64,000 bases of DNA from Eledone cirrhosa (lineage: Eukaryota), in assembly GCA_964016885.1 (NCBI GenBank), contig OZ024743.1:327236001-327300000 (forward strand), given 5' to 3'. Positions within the stretch are counted from its first letter, which is position 1. Every line of letters starts with the position of its first letter. The notes below the pieces were generated by a model. It made no database searches, was not told the DNA's origin, and saw only the letters and a program-made list of their open reading frames with translations. Position numbers and translations under genes: made by a program. Shown here in pieces: positions 54,385 through 64,000 of the stretch.

Positions 54385-54429
<45 letters not shown>

Positions 54430-54735
54430 CGATGGAATACTGTTGGCTTCTTGCTACAATGTTTTCTATACCTTTCATTTATATATATATATATATGTAT
54501 ATATCATCATCATCATCATCATCATTTTACGTCCGCTTTTCCCTGCTTGCAAGGGTGGGACGGGAACTGATTCTGGCTTGATTTCTACAGCTGGATGCCC
54601 TTCCTAACACCAACTTCATTTACTGCTGGGTGCTTTTTTGCCGTGGCACCCCACGACCACTTTGCATCTCATTTCTACAGCTGAGTAAACTGGAGCAAAG
54701 TGAAATAAAGTGTCTTGCTCAAGGAAACAACACAT

Positions 54736-54829
<94 letters not shown>

Positions 54830-54898
54830 CAATTATTTATTAATTCTATCGTGTATACATACATACATATATGGAAACTATATTTATAAAACCATATT

Positions 54899-54963
54899 TA
54901 TTTTATTATATATATTTCAAGGGCGACCAAGCCAATCTTGGTGCGCTTTCATCAGATAAAATA
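54899..54963 (-). ncRNA. Type I hammerhead ribozyme (mirror copy)
   Basis: Reverse complement of 55100-55164. Confidence 0.75.
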
Positions 54964-55099
54964 CAAAATTTGTTTTATAAATAACGACATACTCATGGGA
55001 ATCAACCTTAACGGTCGGAAATCCGCTGACTATCCACCAAATTTCTGACCATTAAGGTTGATTTCCATGGGTATGTCGTTATTTATAAAACAAATTTTG

Positions 55100-55164
55100 T
55101 ATTTTATCTGATGAAAGCGCACCAAGATTGGCTTGGTCGCCCTTGAAATATATATAATAAAATA
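55100..55164 (+). ncRNA. Type I hammerhead ribozyme
   Basis: TATTTTAT-CTGATGA-AAG..ACCAAG-ATTGG-CTTGGT..CTT-GAAAT-ATAT-ATA-ATAAAATA: 8-bp stem I, long stem II, palindromic stem III, AUA triplet. Confidence 0.75.
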
Positions 55165-55324
55165 AATATGGTTTTATAAATATAGTTTCCATTTATTAAT
55201 ATCTTGGAATATCTACTCCAGTAAACTGTTGAGTGCTCTATATCAGTTATAAACATTTATGTTTGTCGGAATTCCAACAAATTAAATATAACTTCTACAT
55301 ATATATATATATATATATATATAT

Positions 55325-57450
55325 CATCATCATCATCATCATCAACGTTTAACGTCCGTGTTCCACGCTTGCATGGGTTTGGACGGGGGTAGTCCCACTT
55401 GAGGCAAGAGTGATTGTCTTGCTCGCATAGGACTGTCTGGCAGGTTTTCTACAGTTGGATGCCCTTCCTAACACCAACCACATTTACAGTGTGGGTCTGG
55501 GAGGTTTTTACCGTGTTGCCTACACGGCCACATTACAGCGTGGACTGTGTGTTTTTTTGTCGTGACACCTACACGATCTCATTTGTTTCGGCCTCGATGG
55601 CGCAGCACCAACATAACTTTACATAGAACGGGGTGGTGTGGATGAGGTGGGGGTGGTGGTGGTGGGACGGGGTGTATTTTGTTAGAGATGCCTACTGGCT
55701 GGAGTAGGTTTTACTATATATTTAGGTAAGCGGGTCTTCTCTGTTACTGAGTACTGCCAAAGGTCTCGGTCCAGTGACATTGTCTTGGAGAGGTGTAAGT
55801 GTGTGATGTCGGAGTTTATCAGCTCGTCCCAGGTTTTTCTAGGTCTGCCTATTCCGTGACTACCGTCTATCTTTATTGCCCTGCACTTTGTTATACAGCT
55901 ATCGACTTTCATGCGCATCACGTGTCCATACCAACGTAGCCTTCTCTCGAGTAAACAACATCTGATCCCTCTTATCTCTAATTTTTTCCTTAGTTCGTTT
56001 ATGCTTTGCCGTTCACGTATATTACTGTTACACATCCAGCGGAGCATGCAAGCTTCGTTCCTCTCTAGTCTGCGTATATCCTCTGCACACAATACCCAGG
56101 TCTCACTGCCATGCAACATTGCTGTTCGTATGCAGGCATCGTACAACCTGCCTTTCATTTTTAGGGAGAACCCTTTAGCAGCTAATAGTGGTATAAGCTC
56201 TCTGAACTTTTTCCAACCAGTTCTGACTCTAGCTACAGTACTTTCAGAGCACCCTCCCCCACTGCTGATTTTATCGCCCAGGTAACGGAAGCTGTCCACT
56301 ATTTCTATAGAACCCTCTGCGCAATTGAAAGAGCTAGTATTTTGTGGGCACTTGCTGCTACTTATTGCATCAGAACACCGGCCACATGTAAAATCTATGT
56401 TCTTAGTTAGCTTACCTGTGATCCCACTACATCTTTTATGCACCCATACTTTGCATTTAGGACATAAAATGGAGTTTCTACCTACGCCTTTCCTACACAC
56501 CGAGCACGACCATTTCCCAGAAGGGACCGCCGCCTTGTTTTCTTTCCTACAAACTAGTACTTTGGTCTTAGCCAGGTTAATTTTAAGTCCTTTTGACTCT
56601 AGGCCGTTTGGAATTTCTTCTCTAGCTCGGCCATTGATTCCGCTATGAGTGTCAGGTCGTCTGCGTATAGGAGTTCCCATGGGCAGCCTGTCTTGAACTC
56701 CTCTGTTATAGCCTGAAGGGCAATAATAAATAGTAGGGGGCTGAGAACAGAGCCCTGATGGACGCCAACTTTTACGCTAAACTCTTCACTATATTCGTTG
56801 TTAATTCTAACCTTGCTGACTGTTTCTTTATACATGGCTTGTATAGCCCTCACAAGCCATTCGTCAACGCCTAGTTTTCTAAGAGCCCACCAGATAATGG
56901 AGCGGGGGACTCTGTCGAAGGCTTTCTCCAAGTCGACAAAAGCTAAGTAGAGGGGTTTACCTTTAGCTAGGTACTTCTCCTGTAGTTGTCGTACTATGAA
57001 AAGAGCGTCTGTGGTACTTTTGCCTGACACAAACCCGAACTGCATTTCATCTAGGTCAATTCTCTCTCTGATTAGTTGCGCTATTACTTTTTCTGTGACC
57101 TTCATGACCTGGTCGATTAATTTAATGCCTCTATAGTTACTCCTATCTAGGGCGTCTCCTTTACCCTTATAACAGTTAACGATGATGCTGCTATGCCAGT
57201 CCTTCGGAACAACCCCATTCTGTACGACTTGGTTAACTATGCGGGTGACAATGGTGTGTCCCACCGTGCCAGATGCCTTCAGCATCTCAGCAACTATTTC
57301 CGAAGGCCCAGCCGCCTTACCCGTCTTCATATCCTTGATTGCCTTACTTATTATACTCCCCTCGACTAACACTGCTGGTCACTCTATTGGGTCGATATGG
57401 GGGAGACTGTCTTTCTCCCATTTATTCTCCTCATTTAGTAGCCTTTCATA
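55325..57450 (-). mobile_element. 5'-truncated RTE LINE (RT to 3' end)
   Basis: ORF 56599-57372 (GVHQGSVLSP, YADD) plus 55682-56680. Highly similar to 48120-49385. Confidence 0.92.
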
Positions 57451-57503
<53 letters not shown>

Positions 57504-57974
57504 CATACATACATACATATCATCATCATCATTTTACGTCCACTTTTCCCTGCTTGCAAGGGTGGGACGGGAACTGATTCTGGCTTGATTTCTACAGCTG
57601 GATGCCCTAATATATATATATATTATCTAGAGACACAACTAAATATCTGTAGTAAAGTCTTGACATTGATAAAATAATATGTAGTTCAACACCTTAATAT
57701 TACAGCTATAATCCTACTTTCTATAAAATTTATTGTGGGAAAAATAATGACTTACTTTGATATAGTGTCGTATTTCTGACCGGGTCCCTGTAATAAGAAT
57801 AAAATATTTAAAATTTGAAATAAAAACAAATATAACAATAACAATGATATAGTCTAATAAAATAAGATTTCACGGGACATGACTGATGTACCAGTGCTGC
57901 TTTGAATCTAAGACTTTTCTTAGATAGCAGTACTAAGTTAAAATCATCTCATGCACCAAACCAGAAAAGGAAAG

Positions 57975-58052
<78 letters not shown>

Positions 58053-58059
58053 ATATATG

Positions 58060-59900
58060 ATGGCTGCAAACTCTGCTAAGAGTAGTAGAATCGCTGTCAG
58101 ATTCAGATATGTGACACTGGGATATGGTTTTTCAAGCCTGCTAGAGACTTGCACTCCTTCATACATTGATGACAACTATGGATCTCCCTGGCCTCAGGTC
58201 TTGTATCAGGTTTCTTGTCAACCTTCACAATACTGTGGAGATCATAGTTCACTGGTTTTCTCTGAACATGGCTGCGACTGTGGCCCCTGAGACCAGACTT
58301 GCTCAAGCAAATCTTTCCGCACTCAGGGAACACTAATTCAATGGAGACACCGATCATTTTGAGTGATACACCAGGACATTACTTACGCACATCCCATTTG
58401 ATTTTCTCGTGCTCTATGCATCTGTCCTCAAAATTATGGACCCTCATCATTCACCATTCCATGCCAAGTTTCTCTTTCAAGAGCTTCTATCTCCCAGTCA
58501 GCCACCAACAAACCAGTTTTTTTCAACGAGTCCTCTACACAATCTTTGAATTGGAGCTTTGGTTTGTGAAGTGGTCTCTTACCTTTACAAAGCTCGCTAT
58601 ATAAAAGTTGTTTCGGGATTTGATCATCCTCCATTCTGCAGAGGTGTCCATCACAAACGTTGTTGGTGGATGATACTTTCAATGCTCCGACACTCACTTC
58701 TCTCAAGGACCTCAACATTACTCACATGCGTCTGCCACTTGATACCAAGCATCTTTCTGAGACACTGCTGGTGAAATCATTCCAGTCTTTTGATATGCCG
58801 TTTGTAGGCAACCCATGTCTCACACGCATACAGCAATGCTGTCAGTACACATGCAGTATACACTTTCACCTTGGTCTTCATTGTGATATCTCACTTGCAT
58901 CAAAGATGGTTGCTGCGCCTTCCAAATGACGCACTTGCTTTGCTAACATGCAGACCAACCTCTGCATCCAGAGAGCAGGTCACACTCAGAGTACTCCCCA
59001 AATGCACAAATCTCAGCAACCTTCAGCTTTTGAACGTATACATATATGGAGGGTTCATTGAAAACTTTATCCAGAGCAGGTTGGTCCATGACGACAGTCT
59101 TCTTCAGACTGATTGTCAGTCCCAAAGCACTGCACGCATTTGAAAAAGAATCCATAAGGTGTTGCATGTCACTCTGGGAATGTGCAAAGAGATCACACTC
59201 ATCTGCATACAGAAATTCTCTGATCAAGGTACTCAGTATCTTAGTGAGACGCCTGAGGTTGAACAGCTTGCCGGAAGTGTGATATTTTAGATAGATACTG
59301 TGTTGATAACCCTTGAAAGCCATGAATACCATTGCAAAATACAAGGCAAACAAAGTTGGTGCAGGTATATCACCTTGCTTGACACCATTTTCAATGGAGA
59401 TTGGATCAGACAGTTTTCCTCCGATGTTTACCCATGCCTGCATGTCATCGTGGAAGAGCTTGAGTATGTTCACAAACTTTTCAGGACAGCACAATCTCTC
59501 CAAAATAACCCACAAAGCTTTCTGATTTACGGTGTCAAATGCCTTGGCCAGATCAACAAAAACTTGGTATAAAGACCATGCGCTGCTCAATGCATTTCTC
59601 TTGAAGTTGTTTGGCCGAGAAGACCATGTCAACAGTGCCTCTGCCATTACTAAAGCCACATTGGGACTCAGGAAGCGCCTCAACAGCAATGTGCTGTATC
59701 AATCTGTCCAACATCATCCTGCACAAGATCTTGCCAGCCACAGATTGCAGTGAATTACCTCTGTAGTTGTCACAGTCATCTTTGGCTCCCTTTCCTTTGT
59801 AAAGTACCACATCAGTCCTGTGGTACATCTTCATTCCTAACATTCACAAAGAGATCAGTGAGACGGTTTAAGAAGTTATCACCAGCACACTTGAAGATCT
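58060..59900 (-). mobile_element. Decayed RTE (BovB-like) LINE with C-terminal C2H2 fingers
   Basis: FVDLAKAFDTV, NGVKQG, YADECDL, IPKQLLYSEL, CGKICLSKSGLRGH. Confidence 0.85.
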
Positions 59901-60199
59901 CAGCACTCAGTCCATCCATAAAAAATGCAGAGAAACACTAGTGGCTGGAATCTGTTGAAGAGGCAGATCCAGGAAGACTTGGGACGTGGACTGGGCGCTT
60001 TTTGTTTTGACACCAACATGACCATTTTACAGTGTGGACTGGGTATGTTTTGTTGTGGCACCAAAACAACCACTTTACGGTGGGGATTGGAGAGATAGAT
60101 CTTGGGTGAGGTAGTTACCTGGTGAAGAGCGGAGTGTTAGAAACGGGGAAGGTAGGAGAAAGTGGGACATACTAAATGTATATTTCAACCTGTGGGATG

Positions 60200-61210
60200 G
60201 CAGGTATTCTATATTAATACATTAACACCAGAGATCTCAATCTTGTGTCATTGTACCAACGTAATCTCCTCCCCTGCACACTGCATCTGGTCCCTCTTAA
60301 GCCCAATTTCGCTCTCCGTTCATATGCTGTGCTGTTCATGTATATTACTATTACACATTCATTGAAGCATCCAAGCTTCATTTCTTTCCAATCTTCACAG
60401 GCCCTCTGCACACAGCGCCCAAGTCTCATTACTATGTAACATTGCTATTCCTATACACGCATCATACAATCTGCCTTTCATTTTGAGGTAAAAAAAACTC
60501 TTGTAACTAGTAGCAGTAGTAGCTCCCTGAACTTTTCCCATTCCATTCTCACTCTAGCTACTGTACTTTACGAACACCCACCTCCACTGCTAATTTGGTT
60601 ACCCAGGTATCAGAAGCTGCCAACTGCTTCTACAGAACATTCCAAGAATTTGATAGCACTTGTTTGTTGCTTATTGCTCCTGTGTAATAGCCACATGTAA
60701 AACCTACATTCTTAGCTAACCTACCTGAGATCTCACTACATCTCTTGTGTACCCATAGTTTGCATTTGAGACAGATGATGGAATTTCTACCTACGCCTTT
60801 CCTACCCAGAGGAGATCCGGACCTTGTTTTCACTTCTTAGTCTTTGTCCTGTTGACTTTAAGACTCTTTGATTCTTGGCTATGCTTCCAGATTTGGAATT
60901 TCTTCTCAAATTTTGCCATAGATTCAGCTATAAGGGTTAGATCATCTGTATACAGATGGCACAGGGGACTGTCAAAAGCTTTCTCCAGATCAACGAATGC
61001 CAAGTAAATAGCTTACTTTTAGCGATGTACTTCTGTATTTGCATCACAAAGAAGAGGGTATCAGTGGTACTTTTACTTGGTACCAATCCGAACTGCATCT
61101 CATCTAGGTTAACTTGGTCCTTAATCAGCTGTGCTATAACTCTTTCTGTGCCCTTCATGACTTGGTCCATCAACTTGATACCTCTACAGGTTTCTCTATC
61201 AAGTGCATTT
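60200..61210 (-). mobile_element. Old RTE LINE fragments
   Basis: MDQVMK..ERVIAQLI..LDEMQFG and CKLWVHKRCS homologous to the other RTE copies. Confidence 0.8.
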
Positions 61211-63149
61211 GTAGTAGTTGCCTAAGATAGTTACTATTGAATTGTTGAAGATTTATGATTAGAGTGAAAACTTAGGAAGGATTTCTAAATGACTGTTTTT
61301 TAGGGTAAGAAGAATTGAGCAAACGTTGGTGGTGGCGGCTGTGTGTGTGTGTGTGTGTGTGCACGCACGTGATTGTATACTGGTATTTTGAGTTGTGTCC
61401 CCTTAGGTAAAAAAAAAGTTAACCATCTAGTTGTTTGAAAAAATAAGTACTGAGGTTGAAAATGGTACCCGTTATGAACGCAGTCCAATGAGTGAAACCA
61501 GACATAATTATATATATTTACACAGACGCAAACACACATATTTATAAGTGTCAATGCTCTGTTGCCCATCAGGATTCACATGCAGTGATTATTTTATGTG
61601 TTAAACTTCCATCAGTTCTGATGGCGAGTATTTTAGTTGTTTGATCAATGAAATAGGCTGTTCATAAAATTAGCTTTTAAGTGGTTGAGCATTCCACAAG
61701 CACGTGTACCTTTATGTATTTCCCAGGAAGATTTATTGCGACAGTGTGTGTGAGACAAAGCTGGCTTTTAAAATTACAAGTATGGTTCATCTGATGGGCT
61801 TCCATTTATCTAATTTCACTCACAAAGAGCACATGCCCAAGATGATACGCAGTGGCTTCAAACTCCGGATCTAATAATTGTAAAGTAAACTTCTTAATCA
61901 TTCACCCATGCTGCGTCCACAAGCAGTGCATTACATCTACAACCTAACGAGCATTTACATATTTTCTGATTAGTAATATTCAGCTGAAAATGAGTACCAG
62001 CAATAGCTGGGGGATAACCCTGCGATGGATTGGAGTCCTGTCTAGAAGGGGCGGGGAGTCTTGTACTCTCAGTCACTCCATGCCATGGAAACTGGGATAA
62101 GTCTGCCTCCGGGCTTGAGGCAGACTTGAATTTTAACTTTTTAAGGCTATGTTAGAAGACACCTAGCCAAAGTGCAACTTGAAACAATGTAGTTGCAAGG
62201 TGAACTTCTTACCTGAAGAGCACCCAGTCGTAAACAACTACTCTAACAAAAAAACTAAGGTAAATTTGTTGTATAAATTTACCAAAACTACATGTTAGTG
62301 TAGAATATAATAACGAATTTAAAGTAGGAAAAAACAAAACAACACATACATGAGCCTCCCCTCTTGGCCCGTCGGACACTAATTCGGTGTGCCTGAAAAG
62401 AAAAGAACAAAAATAAAGCATAATTACAGTATTTGTAATTTTAAATGAGAATATTTTATTTCACTGTGATACCTTACCAGTTCAAAGTGAGATTAAGGAT
62501 CTCAAACTGAGATAAATACAAAAGATTTATTTAACAGAAATTATAACACAAAAACACTATAACATTATTTATGCGTTCTTTACAGACCTGCCAACCTCTA
62601 AAAACCCAAACGGAGTACCATGAAAAAAAGTGCCCCAAAACGGGGAAGAAATGAGGCAAAATTTACATAATGAAAGCTATATCCATTTTCACAAGAGAAG
62701 ACATCTCTCACCCACCCCAAAGTGGGTGGGAGATCTCCCTGTCCAACAGAGAGAGTTATAGGAAGAATGAGGAGTCAAATAATTACTTATACCTTTTAAT
62801 AACTATAAGTTGAAATATCTAAGGACTTTGTTATTACAAACAATTATAAGAAAATACCTTAGTCGATGTGTTGTTTCAAACACCATTTTTCTTTTGCCGT
62901 TCAACCACTAGCCAATATGTAACGACAACAACATAATTACGGCCTGGCCAGCACCTCAGCCAGTCGACCGTACCTTCTTAATTTGTTTATTACTTTGTTT
63001 GGCATGCCAGCTCAACCTTTGTAATCGGCTTGTAAATAAATTATGTTAAAACATTGTAAAGTCTTGTGATGCTATTACCACAGCCATAGCCTTTAAATGT
63101 GAAATGGAAAGATCCTTTCCAGAGTTATTATCACACAGCAACAGAACCT

Positions 63150-63335
63150 GTGAATTGGCAGCATCGGTAAAGCGTCAGACACCATGCTGTACAGCATAGA
63201 GTCATGTCCCTTTACGTTGAGTTCAAATCCCGCCAAGGTTAACTTTGATTTTTATCCTTAATGGGTCTATAAAATGAAGTACCAGTAATGCTCTGGAATA
63301 ATTGCTGGCCTTGTGCCAAAATAGAAACAATTATT
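63150..63335 (+). mobile_element. tRNA-derived SINE
   Basis: TGGCAGCATCGG A-box, GAGTTCAAATCC B-box and the same body as 37600-38185. Confidence 0.8.
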
Positions 63336-64000
63336 ATTATTATTGTCGTTGATACTATTATTACATGGCATAATATTATTTTTTTGCTAAATTGGTGACT
63401 ATTAAATAACTGCTATATTGGTGACCCCTGTTGATACAAATATTATCATTATCATAACTCTGCTAAAAGTGTATTACTCGATGCTCAATGTACCAACAAA
63501 TGAATGTTGTTATAAAATAAACATTGTTAACATCACAATTCTGGCATTATTCTTTCTATCATTCATCCATAAAAGAATACATTTATCCACTACAAATGGT
63601 GACCGCCGACGTGATTCAAACCCAGTCTTCTCACATTTACCCACTATAAATGGTGACCCCGAGTTAAAACAACACATCCTTCTCGCTACAGAGTTGACAG
63701 ATCTGTGTTTTTCTTGGCCAAACAGTGAAGCTAAACAATTATCTTTCGAAAAATGATTGATGGATTACATTACATCTACCGTTTTTCGGCAATGATTCTT
63801 GTTTTCTTGCATGTATGTAGTCTAAATTTATTGTTTGCAATCGTCAAATTAATATATTTGAATTGACTAATGTCCTTGTAGTTCAATCTACAATCATAAT
63901 GTGTGAGCTGACTGTAAACAACACATCTTTGTTCCACGTACACTCGATGGTGCTTGTAAAGTATTACAACAATCACTTTAGAAAATAAGCACTTTTGTCA

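Larger units (their letters stand above)
54871..55192. repeat. Near-perfect inverted repeat (~152-bp arms, 18-nt spacer), Penelope-like pLTR pair
   Basis: ATGGAAACTATATTTATAAAACC... / ...GGTTTTATAAATATAGTTTCCAT. Flanked by (TA)n, and each arm carries a hammerhead. Confidence 0.9.

Noticed and set aside
62213-63030. Short minus-strand AG..GT segments as further TNF-like 5' exons
   Set aside because: Phases do not chain without stops, no transmembrane segment was found, and one donor overlaps a SINE end.
63420-63976. ORFs and a short duplicated motif (TTTA.CCACTA.AAATGGTGACC) at the window end
   Set aside because: No recognisable homology and truncated by the window edge.

Overview
AT-rich, repeat-dense animal genomic DNA. 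The SINE/LINE/(TA)n landscape suggests a cephalopod such as octopus (inference). Reading the minus strand by hand reveals a spliced TNF-superfamily ligand gene that the ORF track misses. Four phase-compatible exons (39951-40011, 22041-22173, 12961-13059, 12088-12277) give a complete 160-aa TNF homology domain. An intact, solitary, stem-loop-type histone H1 gene (33605-34210, +) is nested antisense in one of its introns. Another intron holds a ~7-kb 80/76-bp satellite amplified from LINE ORF2 coding sequence. The most distinctive signal is a set of type I hammerhead ribozyme motifs, several in mirror-image pairs inside long hairpins inserted in (TA)n tracts, which is the architecture of Penelope-like pLTRs. 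Four lie in the TNF sense orientation within 2.7 kb downstream of its stop codon. A foldback MITE with an 8-bp TSD carries an orphan histone 3' stem-loop. The rest is decayed mariner, CR1-like, RTE and CRE-like elements, SINEs, MITEs and microsatellites.
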